Below, in pieces: positions 30,274 through 39,179 of a stretch of DNA of 64,000 nt. The stretch is from assembly GCA_024401115.1 (NCBI GenBank), contig JAKSLP010000007.1, positions 13,869 to 77,868 of the forward strand, given 5' to 3'. This stretch comes from Bacteroidaceae bacterium (lineage in GTDB: Bacteria > Bacteroidota > Bacteroidia > Bacteroidales > Bacteroidaceae). How positions within the stretch are numbered: position 1 is the first letter of the stretch; the number at the start of each line of letters is the position of its first letter. The notes beneath the pieces are model-generated. The model was not told the DNA's origin and did no database searches. It worked only from the letters and a program-made list of their open reading frames with translations. The position numbers and the translations under genes are program-made.

Positions 30274-31662
30274 TCATTTCAGTTTTTCGTAAGGAATATC
30301 CTTTCCTACATACGCATTCCACTCCTCTTGGGTAAAGTCGCGCTTCAGGTTGTCGTGGGTTTTCCGTGCCAGCAAGGTGGGTTCCAATACGATACGTGTC
30401 AATGATCCGATACCGTCGGATATCCACTTGTATCTGCCCATGATCAGGAAATCATTAATCCAACGTCCGCCTTCCAACTTGCAGATGGTAAGGGGCTCCA
30501 GAACTTCGGAACTGAGGTTCCATAGCTGAACTGTACAATCATAGCTGCTGGTGTAGAGGAAATTATCACGGAACATCACTTTGCTAATCTGAGATTTGTG
30601 GGCAAACAGTTGATTTTTGATATTGAACTTACTATCAGTCAAATAAATAGAACCGTCCTTCATGCCAAATGCCCATAATCCATCGGCCGATTGTGCCAAT
30701 GCGGTAATCTGTTCTGAGGCTATGCTCCGGGGCAGGGAGCGTTTCAGTTGCTCAATCTGTTTTTCCTGTTTTACGGATGGGAACAACGGCAGGATATTCT
30801 TGGTGTCCGACATCCACACACCGTCCTTCATTACTTCCCTGTTACGGGTAAGTGCATAGATATGTCCGTCCTTATCAATATAGACATCACGGAAATCCTG
30901 TCGGTTGTCGGCATAGAGTGTTTGCGGACGCATCCGTCCCTCGATGTCGCTCCATCGAACCAGTTCACCGTAGCGGCCCACAGTCACCAGTTCATTCCGG
31001 CCAATCATGCCGATGGCATTCAGTCCTGCCTTATGTGGCTGAACGGAATACATCTGACTTCCGGTGAGTTTGATGGCGGCATAGATGGCACGTTGATACT
31101 TGCTCTCGCCATTGCGTTGTGAGAAAACCCATGCCCCATATGATAGCAGGTTGGCCAGCTCCATATTGTCGCTATTGTACAGATTCACAGCCTGATTGGC
31201 CATGGCATGAGCCAGGGATACCTGACTCAAACGTTCGGCTTCGGCCTGACGGTCCTCGGCTACCTGCTTCTGGCGTTTGGCTTCATCGGCATTTCTCCCG
31301 GCTTCTATGGCATTCTGCTCGGCCTGAATACGGGCTTCATTGGCGAGATGCTCCTCGGATTGCGCCTTAGCACGCATCTGATTGGCTAGAACGGTCTGTT
31401 CCTTAGCCAGTTCTGCCTGTTTGATGGCCTCTTCCCTTTCCTTTTCAGAAACCTTCTGCTGTTCACGTGCTATCTCCTCCATCTGCTGACTGACACGCTG
31501 AACCACAATGGTCTGCTTTTCCTCATCGGTCAGACGCTGGTTGTCCTTTACCAGTTCCGCTATGCGTGCAGCATCAGAACGATGCTGAAGGTATAGGAAT
31601 CCGGCACCTGCCAGCAATATGGCCAATAAGCTATATCGTGCTATCTTTCTGATGGGTTTCAT
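30274..31662 (-). CDS. membrane-anchored coiled-coil / WD40-like beta-propeller protein
   Basis: N-terminal TM helix; about 130 aa of E/Q/A/K-rich coiled coil; C-terminal repeats including LYTSSYDCTVQLWNL. Confidence 0.65.
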   Translation of the reverse strand: MKPIRKIARYSLLAILLAGAGFLYLQHRSDAARIAELVKDNQRLTDEEKQTIVVQRVSQQMEEIAREQQKVSEKEREEAIKQAELAKEQTVLANQMRAKAQSEEHLANEARIQAEQNAIEAGRNADEAKRQKQVAEDRQAEAERLSQVSLAHAMANQAVNLYNSDNMELANLLSYGAWVFSQRNGESKYQRAIYAAIKLTGSQMYSVQPHKAGLNAIGMIGRNELVTVGRYGELVRWSDIEGRMRPQTLYADNRQDFRDVYIDKDGHIYALTRNREVMKDGVWMSDTKNILPLFPSVKQEKQIEQLKRSLPRSIASEQITALAQSADGLWAFGMKDGSIYLTDSKFNIKNQLFAHKSQISKVMFRDNFLYTSSYDCTVQLWNLSSEVLEPLTICKLEGGRWINDFLIMGRYKWISDGIGSLTRIVLEPTLLARKTHDNLKRDFTQEEWNAYVGKDIPYEKLK

Positions 31663-34316
31663 GCTTCTACAGGAATTATAACGGTGAATTCGGTAAACTG
31701 GTCTTTCTCAGAGGATAACGTAATGGTTCCACCATGATTCTCAATGATTTCACGGGTCAGGTACATGCCCACACCCGCAGCTTCGGCCGTAGGTTTGGTA
31801 GTAAAGAACGGGTCGAAAATCTTATCCTTGATGCTCTCCTCAATACCAATTCCGTTGTCGCGCAAGGTCAGTTTGGCGTTACGACTTTCGCGGGTAAGTG
31901 TCAGTTTCAATTCGGGCTGATAGCTAGCAGGATGGCGTTCTGCCTTTTTGTTGATGGCATAGATGGCATTGGCTATCATGCTCATAATGGATTTGGTCAG
32001 TTGCTCGTTGATTCCCTGGCACTTGATGTCGGGCTGAACATCCCAATGCAACTGAATATTCCATTGACTGACAGGCTTTTCGAAATACTTGTTGACGTAA
32101 AGTAAGGCCTGCTGGCATATCGAACTCAGGTCAATCTGAACAAACTGTCCGCTCCGGTCCTTCAGCATCTCCTCCATGGATTTCAGGATTCGGGTAGTGC
32201 TCTGTCCGTGTTCCTCAATCTTCTTGAGGTTGGTATTCATCATATCCAGAATTTCTTGGATATCCTCATAATTGTCAGGAGTAATCTTATCCTCATCATC
32301 CTCCAGGTCCTCCTTCAAGTCCTTGGTGAGTCCCAGGGTTAGATGCGAGAAATTATTGATGTAGTTCATCGGGTTCAGGATTCGGTCGATCAAACCCTTA
32401 GTCAGCTGACCTACAGTAGCTTCCTTCTGCTTGCGCAACAGTTCGGCATGGGCTATTTCCAATTCGGCGGTACGGTCCAGTACCAGCAGTTCCAAGCGCT
32501 TCTGCTCCTCTTCCATGCGATGCTGTTCTGCTCTCAGCTTTCTCATCTTACGTGCAGAATAGAAAATAATGAGTGAGCGGACAACATGAGCCAATATCAC
32601 AATATAAATCAGGAAAGCCCACCATTTCATGTAGAAAGGATAAGGTACCTTAAATCGGACGGTAGCCGGTTCCGAGATGTTGTTGAAACCGTCCTGAACA
32701 CGCACACTGAAATTGTAATTGCCATAACTCAACTGAGTCAGTCTCAGTTCCTTATCATCGTCCCAATCCGACCATTCATCCTTATCGCTGAGTCGGTAGC
32801 TGAACAGCACATTATCCAACGGGTCGTATTTGTCGGTAGAAAATGATGCCGTAAAGGTCTGGTCATCAGCATAAAGCGAGCGGATGATGACCTTGGGCAA
32901 ATAAGGCTGGTTCTGGCGAGCCTGTGTGATGTCCACCTTGGCCAACCCGAAAGTACCGCCCAACCATGCTGCATCCTTATCCAGATAGAGAGCCTGAATG
33001 TTATGATTGCGGAAGGAACTGAGCCATACATGAATCTTCGGATCACTTACATTCAGGTGGTCGCCTTTCTCATCCGTATACCAGCTGGTGCCGTCAGCAC
33101 TTTTTAATTCCAGCCAATGATCGGAATCCACTCTCTCCTTTTCCACGAAGTCGAATTTTCCGGTACGGGAATCAGTCTGGTATATCTCACCCTTCTCGTT
33201 CTGAGCGGTAACGATACCGTTGGCATCCATGCTCAGGCTGGAAATAAACTTCAAGTCGGATACCTTGGTGCTGCTGCCACGGGAATCATGCAGGTAGATG
33301 CCATCCAATTCGGCTGACAGCAGGCGATTCTCATCAACGGAAACGGCACATAGGGAATGCGTCATGAACAGTTGAGTGGCTGTCACACCCTGAATCTTGT
33401 AGATACCGTCGCTACAGGATGCTATCAGGGTTCCCTGGGGAGTTTCGGTCAGAGCCCAACACATCTGATCCATGCCGTTGATATGCTCTGCATGTTGCCC
33501 GTTTACCCGATACAGGCCCCTCATGGTACCCACATACAGGATGCCTTTATTGCGGTGAATGCAGGACACATCGCCCAAAAGTCCCTGTTTATCAGTCAGA
33601 ATAGTTAAAACCGGATTCCAGTCGATACGGAACAGTCCCGAATTAGTGGCTCCCCAAACCGAACCCTTGCCATCGGTGGAGATGCTGTTGATGGAATTTC
33701 CGCATAATCCGTCGGCATCGGTAATGCTGTACAGGAACTTGCCGTTGGCATCCTGGGCAATCAGACCGTGATCGGTGGCCACAAAGAAGGTGTTCTTGTC
33801 CAACTGCACACGGTTTTGCTTATCGCCATTGGAATTCAGATAACCGGCCGACTGATTCTCCGTAATCAGCGTTTCACGCCAAATCCGGATCTCTTCAGGA
33901 ATATCCTCTTTGGTGGACGCAACTTTCTCCTCGTTATCACTAATGACCGTATGAAGATCCCATCCCTGAAGGTCGCCTCCGGAAACATAGCCCAAATAAT
34001 TGAAATTATAGGCCCATACTACTCCACTGTTATCGGCCTTAAGGTTGGTGATTCGGGTGATGCGTGGGGTATACAACTTTACCCATTTCACTCCGTCAAA
34101 GATAAGCAAGCCCTCAAAATTGCCCACATACACATGACCGATGGAATCGCAGAGAATATCCAGGTTTACACTGTGGGCATTATAGTCCTGTGCCGTATAG
34201 TTGCGGAATAACGGCAAACCTACTTCCTTGGCTGTGGCCTGTACGGAAAAGAACGACAGGAACAGGAAAAGGAAGCATCCTATTGTGTAACGGATATGTG
34301 CGAACTGACTCATCAT
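31659..34316 (-). CDS. sensor histidine-kinase-like protein with periplasmic two-component-regulator propeller + Y_Y_Y domain
   Basis: The Y_Y_Y segment (YRLSDKDEWSDWD...YGNYNFSVRV) is followed by a TM helix. HATPase_c boxes NAIYAI, DNGIGI, FDPFFTTK and GVGMYL are present. The H-box position reads IDRILNP, with Asp in place of His. Confidence 0.8.
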   Translation of the reverse strand: MMSQFAHIRYTIGCFLFLFLSFFSVQATAKEVGLPLFRNYTAQDYNAHSVNLDILCDSIGHVYVGNFEGLLIFDGVKWVKLYTPRITRITNLKADNSGVVWAYNFNYLGYVSGGDLQGWDLHTVISDNEEKVASTKEDIPEEIRIWRETLITENQSAGYLNSNGDKQNRVQLDKNTFFVATDHGLIAQDANGKFLYSITDADGLCGNSINSISTDGKGSVWGATNSGLFRIDWNPVLTILTDKQGLLGDVSCIHRNKGILYVGTMRGLYRVNGQHAEHINGMDQMCWALTETPQGTLIASCSDGIYKIQGVTATQLFMTHSLCAVSVDENRLLSAELDGIYLHDSRGSSTKVSDLKFISSLSMDANGIVTAQNEKGEIYQTDSRTGKFDFVEKERVDSDHWLELKSADGTSWYTDEKGDHLNVSDPKIHVWLSSFRNHNIQALYLDKDAAWLGGTFGLAKVDITQARQNQPYLPKVIIRSLYADDQTFTASFSTDKYDPLDNVLFSYRLSDKDEWSDWDDDKELRLTQLSYGNYNFSVRVQDGFNNISEPATVRFKVPYPFYMKWWAFLIYIVILAHVVRSLIIFYSARKMRKLRAEQHRMEEEQKRLELLVLDRTAELEIAHAELLRKQKEATVGQLTKGLIDRILNPMNYINNFSHLTLGLTKDLKEDLEDDEDKITPDNYEDIQEILDMMNTNLKKIEEHGQSTTRILKSMEEMLKDRSGQFVQIDLSSICQQALLYVNKYFEKPVSQWNIQLHWDVQPDIKCQGINEQLTKSIMSMIANAIYAINKKAERHPASYQPELKLTLTRESRNAKLTLRDNGIGIEESIKDKIFDPFFTTKPTAEAAGVGMYLTREIIENHGGTITLSSEKDQFTEFTVIIPVEA

Positions 34317-34442
34317 TGTGCAAATTTATTAAAATTGCCATTCAAAAACAAATAAAAACAGAGCCAATTTCGGTGAATTTGCAAAACTCATCATTTTTTC
34401 AAAATGATAGTATATCGATGCATGAAATGATAAAAAAATCAT

Positions 34443-34450
34443 TATCTTTG
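34443..34450 (+). promoter_or_regulatory. -7 box TATCTTTG for the RR-PP2C/kinase operon
   Basis: Exact TAnnTTTG 26 nt upstream of the ATG at 34476. Confidence 0.5.
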
Positions 34451-34475
34451 CAGAAATAGGTTTAAAACACACAAT

Positions 34476-35636
34476 ATGGCAGTTAAAATATTAAGTGTAG
34501 ATGATGAGATGGATTTGGAAGTCCTGCTCACCCAGTATTTCCGCAGAAAGATCCGCAAGGGAGAATATGAGTTTTTCTTTGCCCATAACGGTCTTGAGGC
34601 CCTGGACATACTGCTCAAGAATCCCGATATCGAAATCGTGCTGAGTGACATCAACATGCCCGAGATGGACGGACTGACCATGCTGGCCAAACTGAACGAG
34701 ATGCATAATCCGGCCCTGAAGTGTATCATGGTGTCGGCTTACGGTGATATGGGTAATATCCGTCAGGCAATGAATGGTGGTGCCTTTGATTTTGCCACCA
34801 AGCCTATCGACTTGGACGACCTTTCCGTGACCATTGAGAAGGCCATTGAACAGATAGAATTTGTGCGCAAGTCGCAGGCCGAGCATGCCAAACTGGTAGA
34901 TATTCAGGGAGATTTGGATGCTGCCAGTCAGATTCAGCAAGCCATTCTTCCTAATTATGAGGATTTCCTGAAACAGACGAATTTGCCGGTTTGCCTCTGT
35001 TCCTCGATGAAGGCTGCCAAGGATGTGGGAGGTGATTTCTTCGACTTCTTTGCCTTGGATGATCATCGTATGGCGTTTACCATTGCCGATGTAAGCGGTA
35101 AGGGAATGCCTGCTGCTCTGTTCATGGCCGTGAGCCGAACGGTAATCCGTACCTACGGTATGCAGGGACTGAGTTCGCAGGAATGTATGGCTAATGCCAA
35201 TAAGATGCTTTGCACAGAGAGCCTTAACTCTATGTTTGTCACTACATTCTATGGTATCTATGACACTACCACCGGATTAATCGACTATACCAATGCCGGT
35301 CATAATCCTCCTTATGTGCTGAAAGCCGACGGAAGTGTTCAGGCGCTTCCAATCTGCAAGAACATTGCCCTTGGTGTGTTTGATTTTCCATTTACCAGCA
35401 ATGAACTGCAACTGGAACCTGGTGACACCTTGGTGATGTATACCGATGGAGTAACCGAAGCACACAACAATCAGAAGGGTGATTACGGTGAGGAGCGTCT
35501 GGAAGCATTATTGCCTACACTCAAGGGTAAGAGCAGCAGCGAGATATGTGATGCCATCAAGAAGGATGTAGAGAAATTTGTGGACGGAGATCCTCAGTCT
35601 GACGATATGACTATGCTGATACTGAAGCGTCCTTAA
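34476..35636 (+). CDS. response-regulator receiver fused to PP2C/SpoIIE protein phosphatase
   Basis: Receiver motifs VDDE...LSDINMPEMDG...ATKP; phosphatase motifs GGDFFDF, ADVSGKGMPAALFM and YTDGVTEA. Confidence 0.88.
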   Translation: MAVKILSVDDEMDLEVLLTQYFRRKIRKGEYEFFFAHNGLEALDILLKNPDIEIVLSDINMPEMDGLTMLAKLNEMHNPALKCIMVSAYGDMGNIRQAMNGGAFDFATKPIDLDDLSVTIEKAIEQIEFVRKSQAEHAKLVDIQGDLDAASQIQQAILPNYEDFLKQTNLPVCLCSSMKAAKDVGGDFFDFFALDDHRMAFTIADVSGKGMPAALFMAVSRTVIRTYGMQGLSSQECMANANKMLCTESLNSMFVTTFYGIYDTTTGLIDYTNAGHNPPYVLKADGSVQALPICKNIALGVFDFPFTSNELQLEPGDTLVMYTDGVTEAHNNQKGDYGEERLEALLPTLKGKSSSEICDAIKKDVEKFVDGDPQSDDMTMLILKRP

Positions 35637-35653
35637 CTGAAAATGACTGTACG

Positions 35654-36490
35654 ATGGAAAATGTAGAAAACCTTCACGAGCAGATTGAGAAGTTGCAGAA
35701 GCAACTGGTCAGTCAGGAGAAGATGGCCTCTTTGGGGTTATTGAGTGCGGGAATTGCCCATGAGATTCAGAATCCGCTGAATTTTGTGATCAATTTTTCA
35801 AAGTTGTCCGTAAAGCTGCTGAACGACTTACTGGAAGTGGTAGACGACTGTAAGGATAAGTTGACCGAAGATGAAGCGGCTGATATTGAGGATATTTCAG
35901 CTGATTTGCAATCCAATCTGAAAAAGATTTCCGAACATGGTGAGCGTGCCATCAGCATTATTCAGGGTATTCTGCTGCAGAGCCGGGGAAAGGCTGGCGA
36001 GAAACTGCCGACAGATGTCTGCAAACTGACTCATGAATATGTTTGGCTCTCCTATCATGCCATGAGAGCCCGAAACAACAAGTTCAATATCACTATCCGT
36101 GAGGACTATCCGGACAACCTGAAAATGCAGTTGCTGGTTCCTCAGGATTTCAGTCGCGCTATCCTGAATGTTGTTAATAATGCGTTCTATGCTGTTTGGG
36201 AAAAAGCTCAACAGGAGGTGGAAGTCTATGAACCTATTGTATCGGTTGCCGTAAAACAGGAAGGCAACCAATTGCTTATCCTGATTGCAGATAATGGAAA
36301 CGGTATTTCTGCTGAGATTCAGCAGAAACTGTTCCATGAGGTGATTACCACCAAACCGGTTGGAAAAGGTACAGGCTTGGGCATGAGCATCACCCGCCAG
36401 CTGATGGAGGAGAATCTGGAAGGAAGTATTTCTTTTACAACTGAAATGGGTAGCGGTACTACATTTAAGCTAATTATTCCTTATAAATAA
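35654..36490 (+). CDS. soluble histidine kinase (HisKA + HATPase_c)
   Basis: H-box GIAHEIQNPLNF; N/G boxes NNAFYAV, DNGNGI and GTGLGMS; no TM segments. Confidence 0.85.
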   Translation: MENVENLHEQIEKLQKQLVSQEKMASLGLLSAGIAHEIQNPLNFVINFSKLSVKLLNDLLEVVDDCKDKLTEDEAADIEDISADLQSNLKKISEHGERAISIIQGILLQSRGKAGEKLPTDVCKLTHEYVWLSYHAMRARNNKFNITIREDYPDNLKMQLLVPQDFSRAILNVVNNAFYAVWEKAQQEVEVYEPIVSVAVKQEGNQLLILIADNGNGISAEIQQKLFHEVITTKPVGKGTGLGMSITRQLMEENLEGSISFTTEMGSGTTFKLIIPYK

Positions 36491-36502
36491 AATCCCTTCA
36501 TT

Positions 36503-36660
36503 GTCATTCTGAGCGAAGCGAAGAATCTTTCTATATAAGTAGTGAAAACTTTCATTACTAGCCAGGGAAGATCCTTCGCTTCGCTCAGGATGACAAGTGG
36601 GAGGCTCAGGATGACAAGTGGGAGGCTCAGGATGACAAGAGAGAGAAACTCAGGATGAAA
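36503..36660. repeat. GTCATTCTGAGCGAAGCGAAG hairpin element, copy B, with 21-bp tandem repeat tail
   Basis: Arms 36503-36527 and 36570-36594 are complementary. CTCAGGATGACAAGTGGGAGG is repeated about 3.3 times across 36584-36660. Confidence 0.85.
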
Positions 36661-36670
36661 ATAATCCGTT

Positions 36671-37879
36671 TTATTTCATCCTCTTCATCAATTTCTGTGC
36701 CTTAGCATCTTTCTGCAGCAATTCCGGATTTACTTTACTGTTCTTAATCAAAGAAGTAAGACGTTTATGCCATTCAATATCGCGCCACATGCCTACGAAT
36801 TGAGGACCGCAGAAATTACTGGTGGCAATGGCAACCCACTGTCCGGTGCTGGCTGATTCCTTAACGCCCATCTCGCACAGTTCCTTTACCCAACCCCAAT
36901 CCAGCAAAGGCCAGTCCTTATAGTCGATGATGCCCCAGCATTCGGTGGTGATGAGCGGCATCTGCAACTTTCTGGCCACACCTGCCATGGCGTGAATCTG
37001 ATTCACCAGCATGCCACTCCAGTATTCGGGTTGCGCACGATAGGTCTTCTCTGCATAAGCCACCACATTCTTATACGACTGTGGATCAAAGCGTCCGTTC
37101 TTATAACTGATCACATTATTGAACTCACCGTTATTCTGATTGGCCATCCAGATGTGCTGTTCGATAAGGTCGAAGAAGCTCACATCGGCACGATCATAAC
37201 GTGTCAGATCCTGCGAATCGAGTGAGAACAATAAGGGCATATCAGGATAAGCCTTACGGATGCGTTCGATGGCCCGTTGCATCCACTCCATACTATGTTT
37301 CTCATCCCACTGCCCCCAATACACCTTAGGATACTGCTCATGGAAGAAAGGAGCCCAAATGTCCCCCGGCCATTCGTTGCATAAATCCACATATAGGATG
37401 TTATCCAGCAGACCTGCCTTCTCAATGGTTTTCAATGTGTTGATCCATCGGTCGGCCAGAATCTCAGGGGTACGGATATTCATCTCCTCGTGGGTGATGT
37501 CGGCTCGGAACCAAGTGGAAAGGCCCACCTTGATATCGCGTTGCTTGCATTTCTTCAGGAACTCATTCAAGGCTGGTTGCACACGAACCACATTCTTATC
37601 CGGACTACCCCAGTTCTGCTGGTTCCATACCTCAGTAAGCGTCCATTCCCGTTCCGGATCCAATCCCACCAGATGAGGATAGGCATCGATACGTAGTGCA
37701 TTATAGCCTCGTTCCGTGAAATCGTCCAGCACCTGATCCCAATCCTCATAACCTGCTCCCGGCCACCGGCGTTCCAGCCATGAGAAATCCCACATGGCTA
37801 TGGCACGTGGATGAAAATCATTCTGGGCAAATACGGGAAGAGCCATGAATAAGGCTATCAGTAGGGTAAGTTTCTTCAT
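36671..37879 (-). CDS. clan GH-A (GH5-like cellulase family) glycoside hydrolase
   Basis: Signal peptide from MKKLTLLIAL (ATG at 37879); candidate acid/base DLCNEWPG and nucleophile ITTECWG. Confidence 0.6.
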   Translation of the reverse strand: MKKLTLLIALFMALPVFAQNDFHPRAIAMWDFSWLERRWPGAGYEDWDQVLDDFTERGYNALRIDAYPHLVGLDPEREWTLTEVWNQQNWGSPDKNVVRVQPALNEFLKKCKQRDIKVGLSTWFRADITHEEMNIRTPEILADRWINTLKTIEKAGLLDNILYVDLCNEWPGDIWAPFFHEQYPKVYWGQWDEKHSMEWMQRAIERIRKAYPDMPLLFSLDSQDLTRYDRADVSFFDLIEQHIWMANQNNGEFNNVISYKNGRFDPQSYKNVVAYAEKTYRAQPEYWSGMLVNQIHAMAGVARKLQMPLITTECWGIIDYKDWPLLDWGWVKELCEMGVKESASTGQWVAIATSNFCGPQFVGMWRDIEWHKRLTSLIKNSKVNPELLQKDAKAQKLMKRMK

Positions 37880-37956
37880 GTTTATCGGATGTTTGTATAA
37901 GGTTTTCATTTCCGGATACAAATTAAGCGAAAAACGGGCAAACTACCAAAAACACA

Positions 37957-37991
37957 CCCTTGTAAAAAAGAATTACAGGATAGAAATGACC
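37957..37991 (-). promoter_or_regulatory. direct-repeat upstream motif (copy 3, weaker)
   Basis: The minus strand reads GGTCATTTCTATCCTGTAATTCTTTTTTACAAGGG, between the divergent GH5-like and Sel1 genes. Confidence 0.25.
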
Positions 37992-38010
37992 ATTTATTAT
38001 AAATAATGTG

Positions 38011-38018
38011 TAACTTTG
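38011..38018 (+). promoter_or_regulatory. -7 box TAACTTTG for the Sel1-repeat gene
   Basis: Exact TAnnTTTG 46 nt upstream of the ATG at 38064. Confidence 0.45.
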
Positions 38019-38063
38019 CACCCTGTTATGGCATTAGTTTTTGAAATCAAGGGAAATAAGAAA

Positions 38064-39152
38064 ATGGACAAGGCCCAGTTTGGGCAATATCTGGGTGTGG
38101 AGGACCTGAAGATAGAAGGTCCCTTCCCTATGGATGGTACATTGGTGTGGACATTGATCCGTAAGGATCACTCCACTACCTCTACTGTTTTGGAATATGA
38201 CGGCAAGGATAATTATTCGGTGGTGTTCGACTGTCTGGCCAGTTACGATGATTACCGCTTCCTGCCCTATCTGTTGGATTCTCTTTCCCTGTTCCTGACC
38301 GACAAGCACTATATGGTGCCCGATCCGAACAACTTTAATCCGGACATCATGCGCTTCTTGAATCCCTATGAATTATGCAATGAGGATTGGGTTCAGGAGC
38401 GGATTGGCGATGCCATAGCCTATGCCAAGTGTGTGATGAGCCTGCATTCTCCCTATAACATCGAGATGCCCATAGATTCCATGTGGTATGTCACCGAATC
38501 GGTTCTGAATGAATATGGTGTGGATTTGCATTCCTCCACCCCTCGCATCTATGGCTATATCCAATACCTGTTGCGCAACAAGAAACTGCCTTTTCATGAG
38601 AACCCGCAAGCTGTAGCTGGAAGTTTCGTTCCCGAGGAAGAAATAACCGTCGAGGTACCGGAACATGTCAGTATCGGTACGGTTCAGTCGTGGCAGACAG
38701 ACGGTAGCATCACTACCGAGAGCTTCTGCAGTCAGGATGTGGCCTTGCTCTATAACATTGGCCAGCGCTATTTGGCCGGAGCTCACGTGGATGGAGTGGT
38801 TCTGAATGACATCGGCACCATTTTCCAGGAGGGCATCGGTTTGGAGAAGAATGTGGATATGGCATTGGACTGGTACCGTGATGCCATCAAGAACGGTGAC
38901 CATTGGTTTGCTCCTTCCAGCTTGGGCGATATCTACCGCAAGGGAACCAGCAGCCAGGGTGTGCAGTTGCAGAAGGCCATCGATGCCTACCTGCAGGGAA
39001 ATGACCCGTATGCATGGTTCCGTATCGGCCAGTCGTTCGAGGAGGGATGGGTATCGGAACCTAATCTGGCAGAAGCCTTACGCTGGTATGAAAAGGCAGC
39101 TGCACAAGGTCATCATCTGGCCGTTAAACGATTGGAAACCGGAACATTATAA
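38064..39152 (+). CDS. Sel1-repeat (TPR-like) protein
   Basis: C-terminal Sel1 repeats (ALDWYRDAIKNGD..., ALRWYEKAAAQGHHLA). The start is uncertain: ATG at 38064 is preferred and ATG at 38028 is possible, because the -7 box at 38011-38018 excludes the TTG at 38016. Confidence 0.65.
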   Translation: MDKAQFGQYLGVEDLKIEGPFPMDGTLVWTLIRKDHSTTSTVLEYDGKDNYSVVFDCLASYDDYRFLPYLLDSLSLFLTDKHYMVPDPNNFNPDIMRFLNPYELCNEDWVQERIGDAIAYAKCVMSLHSPYNIEMPIDSMWYVTESVLNEYGVDLHSSTPRIYGYIQYLLRNKKLPFHENPQAVAGSFVPEEEITVEVPEHVSIGTVQSWQTDGSITTESFCSQDVALLYNIGQRYLAGAHVDGVVLNDIGTIFQEGIGLEKNVDMALDWYRDAIKNGDHWFAPSSLGDIYRKGTSSQGVQLQKAIDAYLQGNDPYAWFRIGQSFEEGWVSEPNLAEALRWYEKAAAQGHHLAVKRLETGTL

Positions 39153-39179
39153 TTAAAAGTTAAACTAATAGATAATAAA

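Noticed and set aside
34321-34328. TAAATTTG -7 box for the sensor/NRPS operon.
   Set aside because: It ends only 5 nt from the ATG at 34316, which would imply a leaderless transcript. That is possible but too uncertain to list as a feature.
34491-35066. 191-aa minus-strand ORF.
   Set aside because: It is antisense to the receiver-PP2C gene, which has clear receiver and SpoIIE motifs.
36584-36660. Possible CRISPR array, given a regularly repeated 21-mer.
   Set aside because: The repeats are contiguous with no spacers, there are only about 3 units, and no cas genes are present. This is a simple tandem repeat.
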